This document shows positions 39,620-52,438 of a DNA stretch of 64,000 bases, piece by piece. The notes below the pieces were generated by a model. That model was not told the origin of the DNA, searched no databases, and saw nothing but the letters and a program-made list of their open reading frames with translations. How positions within the stretch are numbered: the stretch's first letter is position 1; the number at the start of each line of letters is the position of its first letter. The stretch spans positions 8,432,001 to 8,496,000 of the forward strand of contig NC_042997.1 in assembly GCF_006345805.1 (NCBI RefSeq). The letters are read 5' to 3'. Source of the DNA: Octopus sinensis (lineage: Eukaryota). A program made the translations under genes and the position numbers.

Positions 39620-40900
39620 AGCGAGGTCAAATTTTGTGACGGTTTCTATGGGTGCTTTTGAACGTAAAGAGTGTTAAAATGATAATTTACATTACATTCC
39701 TGGTCATGGGGTACAAGTCAAATTTCGAGAAATGTACACTGTTCCAGCTGAGACAGTTGGTATCTTGACTGATACCTTAGTCTCGGTTATTAATAATCAC
39801 TGTGAAGTCTTGGATTTTGTGGAGTCAACTGCAAGCTCAGATTTGGCTTTATATTTCGTCATCGCTAGATGAAACTTTGGCTCAAAATGTTCTGAGATCA
39901 ACTTTGACGAACAGTTGGATGTCTTGCAATTCGCTTTATGAGAAACGTTATGAAAAGTAAAAGTGTCTTCCCTTTGCTGTAAGGGGAAGCTCCAATTCTA
40001 TTATTTCTTACTTTTTGTGGTGTACAATGAAAAAGCAAGAACGACATATTTAACCGATTAAGAACCACACTTGAAAAGGAACTTGTTGGTATTGGCTATG
40101 TTGTACTCATTGTGTACAGTTATTTCCAAACGGCTGTTGATATATTACAAATCGATATCGAAGGACGTATGGTGAACATTTTTCAAATATTTTCACACAT
40201 ACATAGTTCGTGTAACAGCTAATAGAATTTTGTGACATTGCCGCAGTTGTATACAAAAAAAAAAGTTATTGCAAGAAGGTAATGCCAGATTTTTGTCAAT
40301 GCTACCAGCAGCTGAAAGAATTGCTAACACTTTTGTCAGCTTGAAATTTTTTCTTTTGTCCCCATGAACACAGTCTGGGACTGATAAAATAGTTCTATGA
40401 GAATGATTCTGGAGAAATGTATTTATGGTTTGTACATGGGCAGGTTAGTATTTTCAACAAACCGATTCTGGTTACAGGCAACGCCGTATCCAAAGCAGTA
40501 AATATCAAAGCAGAAATGCAAAATCTGATTATAAATATAGAAGAAATAAAATGAATTTTTGCCACAAACTGCAATGATCTTCCTAAGAAAACTTGAAGAA
40601 AATGGGGAAAGCATTGAAAAAAGTGAAGAAAAATAAGAAAAAAATTATGAAAGAGTTCACTCTATGGAAAGAGAACCTTGAAGAGGTAAAGGACTTTGCA
40701 TGGTTAAATTCTGGAGATATATCTTAGACTAGTGTGGAGCAGTCTGCAGCTAAAACCAATCAAAGAAATGGAAAACAGCTAATAGACATTGATTAATTAT
40801 TTGATAAAGTTATTGTAAAGAGTTTTAGGGCTTCTAAGGCATGCATTTTTGCTTTAATATAATACATTTTTGTTTACTGGGTATTTTTACAACAGTTGGG
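39620..40900 (+). mobile_element. Heavily decayed hAT-superfamily transposase
   Basis: Frame-hopping translation HYIPGHGVQVKFREM..PAETV / GFCGVNCKLRFG / ELVGIGYVVLIVYSYFQTAVDILQIDIE / FHTYIVRVT / KLLQEGNARFLSMLPAAERI follows the order of hAT catalytic-core motifs. Confidence 0.7.
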
Positions 40901-41881
40901 TAAGAATTGTGTGTAATAAATAATGTGTAATCAGATGAAATGGACAATATAGCAAAAGCTATAGTCTTTTGATGACTAAAATAAACATACTATTTTAACT
41001 GTTCGGAATTTTTAGACAAACTTTAAACTGACAATAAATGTCTTAGAAAAGTAGTTTCAAGTGAAAATTTTAAGTGCTGCTACTGAGTGAATAAAATACT
41101 ACTTGACATTAATTAATAACGTGTTTATTTTAATTTATTTTTTAAACGCTACTGTTTTACAAGCAATATTTTCCAAGCATGTGCTACCAAATAAAGAGTA
41201 GTTGCCATGTACATCTCTTTCTGTCTCTTAGCCCGACTTTCAACTTTCAAAGTGATAAAACAAATCATGCATCTTACCAGCTTACATGTGTCACTTCAGC
41301 ACACGCTAGGAACCACCTTCATATTAGAAAACGCATGCAGTTATGTTAATATATTTGAAGTAAAATAAATCTCCAGACACTCTGAGAAGAGAAGATTCGC
41401 CCTCCCTCGATACGCATCACACAGGCTGCCCATCAGAATTTGCCTAATATTCCAACTGGTTCCTGTTTCAATTCCCATGGCAGGAAAAGCATGCTACTGA
41501 CAAAGCCCAACTAGGATTTGAAATTTGGCTTCTAATATTTCACCCCAACCGATAAAGACTGCAAAAATATAAAGATGTAACTGTATTGCAAGACAAATTA
41601 TATAATTAGAAAGAATTTTATCTGAAAAGAAGTATATAAAAATTAGTATAACTTAATTTGTTTTATGGAAGAGAAAGTTTTAATATAACCTGCACTTGAA
41701 GTGTTGTCGGGTTCCTACAACTGCGAATATATATATACACATACAAACACACATACATACACATATGTAATGTGTGTGTGTACTCATATATGCATCTAGA
41801 CAAATATGTGTGTATGTATATGTATGTATTTATGTGTATGTAATGCATAAGTATGCATATATATATGAATACATCCATGTG

Positions 41882-41926
<45 letters not shown>

Positions 41927-41928
<2 letters not shown>

Positions 41929-42350
41929 TTCTACCTGCAATGTTATATGGTAGTGAAACATGGGCTACAACAAAGAGAGAACAGAGATTGGTAACGGCTC
42001 AAAGAGCCATGGAGAGGTCACTGCTTGGAATCTCGTTGAGAGGGCACATCAGTAGCGAGGTCATCAGAAGAGAAATAGGGATGTCATCGTAGAATATACA
42101 CGCAGCAAGTTTAGATGGGCTGGACACGTCGCCCGGCTCACCGATAATCGGTGGACCCGAGCAATTGTCGAGTGGTACCCGCGCGAGCGGGAACGACCAC
42201 TCGGAAAGCCTCCACGATGGTAGGGTTACGATTTCAGGAGGGCGATTGTGATCACGTGGATGAGAAAGGCGCGATCCAGAGAGGAGTGGACAGCGTGCTG
42301 TGACCAGCATTGTCAAATGGACGACCGACGGACTGGTCGGTCAATGTGAT
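41927..42350 (+). mobile_element. RTE-clade LINE 3' end
   Basis: VLPAMLYGSETWATTK...QRAMERSLLGISL, then frameshifted RWAGHVARLTDNRWTRAIVEWYPRE. Confidence 0.85.
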
Positions 42351-42673
42351 CAAGGTGATATGGATATGAATGTGTGCATGTGCGTGTGTGTGTGGATAAC
42401 TATACCCATGTCTATTAATCTATCAATTTATGTATCTATTCCTCTATCTATTTAGCTATTCTAGCTTTATATATATATATATATATATATTAAGTGTAGG
42501 AAGAAATGGAGCTGAACGAAGATTTAACAAAATTCCTTTTTATTATTTTCTACATATGTTTATGCCCCATGGTCGTAATTTCAACCGTGCTTTTTCTGTT
42601 AGGATTTTTGCTACCCAGGTATCGGTTATCATTTGAATTATCCGTAATAAGATAATTCATTTATCTACTTCAA

Positions 42674-42723
<50 letters not shown>

Positions 42724-43039
42724 GAGGGAGATAAAGCAAGAGAGAAGAGACAGGTAATTAGACAGCAGATCCCTTGCTTGATATGAAATAACTGATCACG
42801 TGGGGACATTGAATCTTTAAATTTCCGCCATAAATGTTGTGCGTGCATACATGCATCATTTATAAATAAACGCAGTCACATACAAAAAATGCTTATACCA
42901 ACCTACATGCATACATACATACTTACAAACATTCATATATGCATACAAATATATAATGTATACACGCAAACAATGTCACATATGTTTGCCAATGCATTTG
43001 TCTGTATACGCACAAGCTTAATCATACACACACACACAC

Positions 43040-43127
43040 ATATATATATATACATGAATAGATATGTCTGTATAAATATATATGCATCTGTATATATACA
43101 TATATATATATATTATATATATATATA

Positions 43128-43187
<60 letters not shown>

Positions 43188-43226
43188 ATATGATTTTGTG
43201 TATGTACATCAATGTATGTGTGTATG

Positions 43227-43277
<51 letters not shown>

Positions 43278-43312
43278 GTATGTATATATATATGTATGTA
43301 TGTATGTATATA

Positions 43313-43347
<35 letters not shown>

Positions 43348-43429
43348 ATTTTATGTATGTACATCTGTGTATGTGTGTATGTACATGTATATATATATTA
43401 TATATATATATATATATACATGTATATAT

Positions 43430-43506
<77 letters not shown>

Positions 43507-43520
43507 CGTACGTACGTATA
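43040..43520. repeat. (TA)n/(TATG)n compound microsatellite with an internal duplication of about 155 bp
   Basis: tatgatttt(g/a)tgtatgtacatc block at about 43190 and 43345. Confidence 0.9.
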
Positions 43521-44312
43521 TGTTTCATGCCCTTTTGCAATAGATATAATTGCATCAGTTTCCAAGGATCACACGTTTACATCAATGGATGTTCCGCTGT
43601 ATTGACTTTGAAAGTAGGAATAATCAGTGTTGTGACATTCTGGCTGAATTTATATATAATTATCAAAGACATAATTTCTATAGACCGTTTATTTTCACTT
43701 AGATCTTCAGTATTTAACATTTTGATAGTTCAAACTCCACATAAAAATGATCTGATGATTAGCTCATGAATGAACAGCATCAAGTATTTCATTTTGCTAG
43801 TGAAAACAAACTTCATATAACGAACGATCTGTAGTGTGACAGGTTTTGGCATGAGCAGAAACGTGAGTGTATAAATGCATTTATGCATATTCGAACGTGT
43901 AACGTGAGAGGGAATGAGAATGCGCAAGTATGTAAATATGTCTTAGGAGCCAAATATGTACTTATGTATAAATGCATGTATGTATTTATTCATAAATGTA
44001 TGTACGTATGTATGAATGTATGTATGTATGTAAACATACACGCAGAGAATACACCCATATATATATATGTGTGTGTGTATGTATGTATGTATGTATGTAT
44101 GTATATATATATGTATATATATATGTATATATATATGTATATATATATGTATGTATATATATATGTATATATATATATATATATATTTAGTAAGGAAGAA
44201 TGAGAGTGAGAATGATTTGATAGACACGCATGTATGTATACATATCTGCATATATGTTTGCATACATATATGCATATATGTATGCAGACATGTGTATATG
44301 TGTGTGTTTATG

Positions 44313-44354
<42 letters not shown>

Positions 44355-44596
44355 ATGTAAGACGCAAACATACACACACAGGTGTATATTCTTTTCCTGT
44401 TTATGAATAGACATATATACACATATTCGTTTCCTGGTTTCAGTCGTTACCGCTGCAACAGTTTCTTTAAAGATCTAATCAATAATATCAATCTCAGTGC
44501 GTCATTTGTACTTCTTTTATCGGCCTCAGAAAAATGAAAGGGGATGTCATCCTACGGGAGATTTCAATATGTAACAGATCATAGTCAAGCGTGTGT

Positions 44597-44641
<45 letters not shown>

Positions 44642-44855
44642 TACGCGCGCATACAAACACACACAATCTACCTTCTCTCTCCCACTTTCACTCTGCAGTG
44701 ATATATGTGTGTGTGTATATATATATATAATACATATATGTGCGTGTATGTGTATATGTGTGTGTGACTTTTCTGTCAGTGTTAGCGTTACTACCATCAA
44801 ATTCCTTGGTCAGCTGAACGACCTGTCCAATATATTAGCGTGCAAATTATCCTTA

Positions 44856-45622
44856 GAGTAGCGAGCTGGCAGAAACGTTAGCACGCCGGGCGAAATGCGT
44901 AGCCGTATTTCGTCTGCCGTTACGTTCTGAGTTCAAATTCCGCCGAGGTCGACTTTGCCTTTCATCCTTTCGGGGTCGATTAAATAAGTACCAGTTACGG
45001 ACTTGGGTCGATATAATCGACTTAATCCGTTTGTCTGTCCTTGTTTGTCCCTTCTGTGTTTAGCCCCTTGTGGGTATTAAAGAAATGGGTATTTCGTGTG
45101 CCGTTACGTTCTGAGTTCAAATTCCGCCGAGGCCGATTTGGCCTTTCATCCTTTCCGTGTCGATTAAGTAAGTACCAGTTACACACTGGGGTCGATGTAA
45201 TCGCCTTAATACCTATGTCTGTCCCCTCTATGTTTAGCCCCTTGTGGGTAATAAAGAAATAGATATTTCGTCTGCCGTTAGTTCTGAGTTCAAAGTCCAC
45301 CGAGGTCGTCTTTGCCTTTCATCCTTTCGGGCTCGATAAATTAAGTACCAGCTGGGGTCGATATAATCGACTTAATCTGTTTGTCTATCTTGTTTGTCCT
45401 CTCTGTGTTTAGCCCCTTGTGGGTAGTAAAGAAATAGGTATTTCGTCTGCCGTTATGTTCTGTGTTCAAATTCCGCCGATGTCGACTTTGTCTTTTATCC
45501 CTTCGGGTCGATAAATTCAGTACCAGTTACGCACTGGGGTCGATATAATCGACTTAATCCCTTTGTCTGTCCATGTTTGTCCCCTCTATGTTTAGCCCCT
45601 TGTGAGCAATAAAGAAATAAGT
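44856..45622 (+). mobile_element. tRNA-like-head SINE (family D) as a head-to-tail tetramer
   Basis: One head (gagctggcagaaacgttagc...) then four units of about 175-184 bp restarting at tatttcgtctgccgtta (44905, 45089, 45263, 45438). B box gagttcaaattcc. Confidence 0.9.
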
Positions 45623-45923
45623 AATTCTCAAATGAAATCAGTGTAACTGCGTTGCAAGGCTTGACCTTTAAAATTTGATGTACAGTCTAAAATTTGATGT
45701 ACGGGCTTCTACAAAGTTTCCATTTGCCATGCTTATTCATTTTACCTTGGGTCGGCATGAGGCAATGGTAAAGATTCTTCCTCAAGCTGCTACGCAGGTG
45801 ATTGAATTCAGAACCATTTAGAAATATGTCTTTAGATACATAAATAATCACAATTTTGGTGAAATTTATCTGTAACATAACTTTCAATTTGGTCAGCATT
45901 TCCCCTCCTTTTTTTGGATATAT

Positions 45924-46129
45924 GACCGCGTCTGTATCGTTGGCGGCGATTTTTTTCCTCCGTCTTCCCTTCCTTGGACATTTCCTTTTCCTATGTTTCT
46001 GACGAAGAGCTCCGCTCGAAACGTTAAATCCTCCTTCTTTCTTTCCTTTCCTGAGCGTCCAATAACACTATACTTATTCCACGTCCTCGCGTTGTTGTTT
46101 TCTCTTTGTGTTTTCATGTTTGGATTAAC
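45924..46129 (+). mobile_element. 205-bp HHR-bearing repeat unit (copy 2)
   Basis: gaccgcgt...ggattaac, with the same ends as 32144-32348. Confidence 0.85.
45995..46029 (+). ncRNA. Minimal type I hammerhead ribozyme (Penelope-type)
   Basis: gttt CTGACGA A GAGC tcc GCTC GAA ACGT T aaat: canonical core, 4-bp stem II, palindromic ACGU stem III, short stem I. Confidence 0.75.
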
Positions 46130-46268
46130 TTTATATAGGTGTGTATGTACACAGACACACACCTTTTCCTCGACACCATCGTTAATGATTTTGGAACAAA
46201 AAATATTAATTTCTTTTTCACGGAAAATCTGAAAATTTAATGATGAAATTGTATATTTTTCTGAAGCA

Positions 46269-46630
46269 GGAGTGGCTGTGTGGTAAGTAGCTTGCTAACC
46301 AACCACATAGTTGCGGGTTCAGTCCCACTGCGTGGCATCTTGGGCAAGTGTCTTCTGCCATAGCCCCGGGCCGACCAATGCCTTGTGAGTGGATTTGGTA
46401 GACGGAAACTGAAAGAAGCCTGTCGTATATATGTATATATATATGTGTGTGTGTGTGTGTTTGTGTGTCCGTGTTTGTCCCCCTAGCATTGCTTGACAAC
46501 CGATGCTGGTGTGTTTACGTCCCCGTCACTTAGCGGTTCGGCAAAAGGAGACCGATAGAATAAGTACTAAAAGCGGTGCTCCAGTATGGCCGCAGTCAAA
46601 TGACTGAAACAAGTAAAAGAGTAAAAGAGT
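46269..46630 (+). mobile_element. CORE-like SINE (CpGs retained)
   Basis: Same family as 8125. Confidence 0.85.
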
Positions 46631-46939
46631 ATTCTACTCTTTTTTCTCTTCCCCTCTTTTTCTCTCCCGCTTTCTCTATCTTCCCCTTTTTCTCTCCTTC
46701 TTCGCCTTTCCCTTCAGCTAACCACGTGACAGTATAACATATTTGGCCTTAGTGTATAACTGTATAGATTCTGTCCTCATCTCCCTTCCTTCGATCTCCC
46801 TCACTCTCTCTCTCTCCTCCTCTCTCTCTCCATATATGTACACACGTATACATGTACACACAGGTACATATATACAAATATGACAATATTACCTGTCTAT
46901 TCCCCTGTATGTATGTATGCAAGTATGTATGTATACACG

Positions 46940-47972
46940 TATGTTTTCGTTTCTCATTGTGTTCGACGTTTTTTTTTGGTGTCCTGTACTCATATATGCG
47001 TGTATATATACATGTAGAGGTAGGTACGTACATATATGTATATATATATATGCATATGTTTTATTTATTAATATATTATATGACGGAACGCACGCATCCC
47101 TTTCTAAGTAAGATTGTTCTTGATATTAATTTTGATGCGCACTCTTAACCTTTCTGTCTCCTCCCTTTCTCTGCCTTCATTCTTTGATTTCCTTTTCTTC
47201 TACTTAACTGGCTCTCCCTCTCTCTCATTCTTCACTCTCTCTCTCTCCCTCTCTCTCCCTCTCTCTCTCTCCCTCTCTCTCATTGTTCATTCTTTCTGGT
47301 TTCCTCACAACCATTCCCCTTTCTTCTCTCCCTTTCTCTTACTCCTCCTCCTCCCTCCCGCCGTTAACCCGCGACGAGAGCCTTGCCACCTTCTTTCTCG
47401 ACTGACCTTCATGAGGTGTGGACGGCAATTTTGTTGCTCCCTTCGCCGTTCACAGAAACAGCGTTCGTAATACTTTTTTCGTTCGGCTTAACAGCCCTTC
47501 TTGTCTTGTTATTTTCCTTGTCCTGTCTTTTACTGCTTATATTTTGTACTGTCGTTACTGTCCTGTTTTGTTACCATTTTTACCCCTCTGCAAAAGATCT
47601 CAAATTTTATTTGATTTGCTTTTCGCAGGAAGGAAAGTTTCTATCGAAGATACGTCTCGCCTTCACCTTCGAAACGTAGAGTAGATGAAACCATGGCGAC
47701 TGAAGAAGGGGTTTTTTCCTTGTGTTATTTGTCCTGTACTCTATTTTTTTTGTTGTTTAAGAAAAATGTCCAGTTCCTTGGGTTTGTGTCTATGTTTTCG
47801 TTTCTCATTGTGTTCGACGTTTTTTTTTTTGGTGTCCTGTACTCATATATGCGTGTATATTATACATGTAGCGGTAGATACGTACATATATGTATATATA
47901 TATGCATATGTTTTATTTATTAATATATTATATGACGGAACGCACGCATCCCTTTCTAAGTAAGATTGTTCT

Positions 47973-47978
<6 letters not shown>
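46940..47978 (+). mobile_element. About 1-kb non-coding element bounded by 187-bp direct repeats (Penelope-like partial-tandem arrangement)
   Basis: 46940-47126 is nearly identical to 47791-47978. Confidence 0.65.
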
Positions 47979-48027
<49 letters not shown>

Positions 48028-48387
48028 TTGTCTGGAGACTTTATTTGCAGTTGAAGAAATAGCCAATTTTTTGGCTGCTATTTCTGAAAAGTTCGGTGTG
48101 TGTAAAGGAATTCTTTTACTTTCCATATTTGGATAAAATTATATATATATACATATATATCATATATATATATATGTCACTATGTTTGTAGTATGTATTA
48201 ATGTTTACGTGTGTGTCTTTGCTTGTTGTGTGTGAGCATATGCATGTGTGTGTGAAGTATGTAAACAAACACTCGTTTCTCAACAGGATCGTTAAAGATA
48301 TTTAACAAGTGTATTTCACGAAGACAAATAGCGATGCAAGCGAAATCGAAATCTAATCCTTAACCTCGCTTTTTTTTCCCCAATTTA

Positions 48388-48473
<86 letters not shown>

Positions 48474-48765
48474 CTCTCTCTCTCTGCCGAAAATAGAAGA
48501 AGATTGTAAATCCACGCTCTTCATATCTCTCTTAAGAAAACCTACGAATAAATATTGACATATCAAGAATAAATAGTCAGATTTTTTTTTTTTACAACAT
48601 GAAACGTCATTTATCATTTTATGTATCTATCTCTTTACCTATCGATCTATATATCGCTTTATCACTGTTTTTGCTGAAATCTGTCACCCTATACGTTTCC
48701 CTCTCGTTTTCCCTTTTCCTATGCATGAGGTATATACACAGAAACACATTTTTATTTCTCAGCAT

Positions 48766-48952
48766 TACGGATGGACGGACGGACGGACGGACGGACGGAC
48801 GGACGGACGGACGGACGGATGGATGGTTGGATGGATGGATGGATGGACGGACGGATGGATGGATGGATGGATGGATGGATGGATGGACGGAGGATGGATG
48901 GATTGGATGGATGGATGGATGGTGGATGGATGGATGGATGGACGGCGGATGG

Positions 48953-48987
<35 letters not shown>

Positions 48988-49172
48988 ATGGCTGGATGGA
49001 TGGATGGACGGACGGACGGATGGATGGATGGATGGATGGATGGACGGACGGACGGATGGTGGATGGACGGAATGGATGGATGGATGGATGGATGGATGGA
49101 TGGATGGACGGAGGATGGATGGATGGATGGAGGACGGATGGATGGATGGATGGATGGATGGATGGACGGATG

Positions 49173-49208
<36 letters not shown>

Positions 49209-49396
49209 AGGATGATGGACGGACGGATGACGGACGGACGGATGGATGGATGGATGGATGGACGGACGACGGACGGATGGATGGACGGACGGATGGATGG
49301 ATGGACGGACGGACGGATGGATGGATGGATGGATGGATGGATGGATGGATGGATGGATGGATGGACGGACGGATGGATGGATGGATGGATGGATGG

Positions 49397-49432
<36 letters not shown>

Positions 49433-49468
49433 ATGGATGGATGGATGGATGGATGGACGGACGGATGG

Positions 49469-49504
<36 letters not shown>

Positions 49505-49676
49505 ATGGATGGATGGATGGACGACGGACGGATGGATGGATGGATGGATGGATGGACGACGGACGGATGGATGGATGGACGGATGGATGGATGGAGGATG
49601 GATGATGGATGGACGGATGGATGGATGGATGATGGACGGACGGATGGATGGAGGATGGATGGATGGACGGACGGAC

Positions 49677-49710
<34 letters not shown>

Positions 49711-49940
49711 ATGGATGGATGGACGACGGACGGACGGACGGAGGATGGATGGATGGAATGGATGGACGGACGGACGGATGGATGGATGGACGACGGACGG
49801 ATGGATGATGGACGGACGGACGGATGGATGGATGGAGATGGATGGATGGATGATGGATGGATGGATGGAGGACGGATGGATGGATGGAGGACGGATGGAC
49901 GGACGGACGGACGGACGGACGGATGGATGGATGGATGGAC

Positions 49941-49974
<34 letters not shown>

Positions 49975-50040
49975 ATGGATGGATGGACGGACGGATGGAT
50001 GGATGGATGGATCGATCGATCGATCGATCGATCGATGGAT
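48766..50040. repeat. About 1.27-kb (GGAT/GGAC)n tetranucleotide array ending in (GATC)n
   Basis: Read directly from the sequence. Confidence 0.97.
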
Positions 50041-50589
50041 AGACCCATGTAAGTATGTGTACACAGATTGTGTACGACGATCGATAAAAAAACATTCAGA
50101 CAACTTATTAAGCTACCACTTTCATTAAACTTTAATTTAATCGTTTAAAAGGAGTTGGAAGGAAAACTGGAATGAAATTATGAATATTCGTTTTTTCTAC
50201 AGACACATTTTACAATGAGCATATCCACTTGCTAAATGATGAACAAAGAATCCCATGTTCGGTCATTAAAAGTAAAATAGATTGTACTGAAGACAGATAA
50301 ATATTCATCAATGTAGGAAGTGAGGTTGGCACTAGAAGAGTGCCTCACAGTTCCTTACATAGTCGTGGAACGGAAAATAGCGGGAACAAGAATCTCCGAA
50401 CAAATAACAATAGTAATTTATTTCGTCGAAATAAGCATTTCATCTCTGGACAATCGGTAACCAGGACGCCGGTACACTCCTGTCGTGCAAATAATACATT
50501 TTTTTAATGATTATTTTACCATAGTCTGTACAGCAAATTTATCGGTGAAGACACAAAGCTATTAAGTTGCATGGATCCTATGAAACTAC

Positions 50590-51058
50590 TACTCATCATC
50601 ATCATTGTTCGACCGTGGTCGAGACAATGGAATTTACCATGCTACGCCAGACTTCACGGTCCATCATGGCATTACGTAGGTCCTGTTGCTGGATGCCTGT
50701 ATCTCTGGAGATTACATCAGGGTAGGAGAGTGTGCGCCCTCTGGTATTGCGAGTAGATGGCTTCCAGAGGAGAAGAGTAGAAATTACTTCTTTTTCAGCT
50801 CTACAACAATGTCCAGCAAACTGGACTCTCCTACCTTTCACAAGAGATGACACAGGTGGTAGTTTCCCATATATTTGCATTTTGGTTGGATGGCGCTTCC
50901 ACGAGAGATTTTGAGCTCTCATAAGGAGGCGAGTGTAGGTTCCATCCAACCGCCTCCCAAGCTTCTTTGATAACGTCCAGGTTTCTGAGCCATATAGTAG
51001 AATTGGTTCGACTGTGGCTTTGAATATTTCAAGTTTGAAGTCTCTACTTAGATTTGTA
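50590..51058 (-). mobile_element. RTE-clade (RTE-X-like) LINE 3' end
   Basis: FKATVEPILLYGSETWTL...RLDGTYTRLL...RRVQFAGHCCR...DREVWR, followed by a (GAT)n tail. Confidence 0.88.
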
Positions 51059-51690
51059 GTAGTAGTAGTAGTAGCCGCCTCTCCGTTCATATTTTTCCTA
51101 CGTTTCATACTTTTAGTCGTTCACGCTGGACATCAATGGCACCAGTCGAGCTGCTAAGAAGGGTTTCAAATGTCAAAACTGCATCTTCATTCCAAAATAA
51201 ATTGTTTAAAAAATAATCAGTATGATTATTTTTTTTTTTTGTATCTTTTTTCCGCCTGTTCACTATAATTCCTCCTCCTCCTCCTCGTTCTTCATCATCA
51301 TCATCTTTATCATCATCGTCGTCATCGTCGTTATCATCATCATCAACAGTTTTGTCTGATCTCAGCAATTTGAATGACATGGGTTTCTGTCTTTAACTGA
51401 CTTGGCTGTCTTTAACTCATTCACCTTATTTTAAATCTGTCCGATTCATGATAACCATCCGCATAATTTTAGCTTTCTTTGCTTTTCTTTCCTTCGTCTT
51501 CCCATTCATTCGCAGCATTCCTTATGACATTAAAAAGAATCAAAAAGTGTATATAAATTTCATTCAAGCCAAAGTTGACTTCAATCTTTCCGATAAAATA
51601 CTGATATTAATTTCATCAGATATACTTTTCTCTCCAAATAGATCGTTCCGTATCTCAGAAATAATTAATATCATTAGTATCACTGGGGGT

Positions 51691-51901
51691 GGAGGCGCGT
51701 GGCTTAGTGGTTAGGATGTCAGCATCATGATCGGAAGATTGTGGTTTCGATTCCTGGACCGGGCGACGCGTTGTGTTCTTGAGCAAAACACTTCATTTCA
51801 CGTTGCTCCAGTCCACTCAGTTGGCAAAAATGAGTAACGCTGCGATGGACTGGCGTCCCGGGAAACCGGGCCCATGAGCCTGGCTAGGCTTTAAAAGGGC
51901 G
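51691..51901 (+). mobile_element. tRNA-head SINE (family C)
   Basis: ggaggcgcgtggcttagtggttagg...ggtttcgattcc head. Confidence 0.8.
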
Positions 51902-51906
51902 CAGGT

Positions 51907-52197
51907 GGAGGCGCAATAGCCTAGTGGTTAGGGCAGCGGACTCGCAGTCGGAGGATCGTGGTTTTGATTCCCAGACCGGGCGTTGTGTGTGTTTATTGAG
52001 CGAAAACACCTAAAGCTCCACGAGGCTCCGGCAGGGGATGGTGGCGACCCCTGTTGTACTCTTTCATCCCATCTTTCTCTCACTCTTTCTTCCTATTTCT
52101 TGAGTAACGCTGCGATGGACTGGCGTCCAGCTGGGGAACACATACGCCATAGAAACCAGGAAACCGGACCCATGAGCCTGGCTAGGCTTGAAAAGGA
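51907..52197 (+). mobile_element. tRNA-head SINE (family B)
   Basis: Homologous to 3195-3493. Confidence 0.85.
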
Positions 52198-52365
52198 CGA
52201 AAAAAAGAGAAAAAAGTATTACTGGGGAGTGGGGTGGGGACAATCAATAGAGCGCTTAAGTAAAACAAATAAAAAGGCCTTTTTTCCCCTCTAGTTTCAG
52301 CTCAGAGCTGTGGCTATGCTGATGCACCACCGTTGAAAGCTATATCTAAAATTAAGCAGAAAATT

Positions 52366-52438
52366 TTCCTATGTCAGCAATCGAACCTGGGACCGCCTGG
52401 GTGAAAGCCAGTGATCTTAACCACGAGACCACATGGGA
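52366..52438 (-). pseudogene. tRNA-Glu(TTC) pseudogene or degenerate gene
   Basis: TCCCATGTGGTCTCGTGGTTAAGATCACTGGCTTTCACCCAGGCGGTCCCAGGTTCGATTGCTGACATAGGAA: tRNA-Glu-like, anticodon loop CT-TTC-AC, TTTT terminator just downstream. Mismatches in the acceptor (1), anticodon (1) and T stems (2). Confidence 0.8.

Noticed and set aside
42889-44422. YI/CV/HT-rich ORFs here and at 12.0-12.3, 29.2-30.8 and 34.1-34.4 kb
   Set aside because: Dinucleotide and tetranucleotide microsatellite artefacts.
44856-45622. Regularly spaced repeats suggestive of a CRISPR-like array
   Set aside because: Units are homologous along their whole length (no unique spacers), derive from a SINE, and the DNA is eukaryotic.
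48599-50128. Long ORFs of 345-494 aa (MDGW/PSIH repeats)
   Set aside because: Translations of the stop-free (GGAT)n array, open in nearly all frames.
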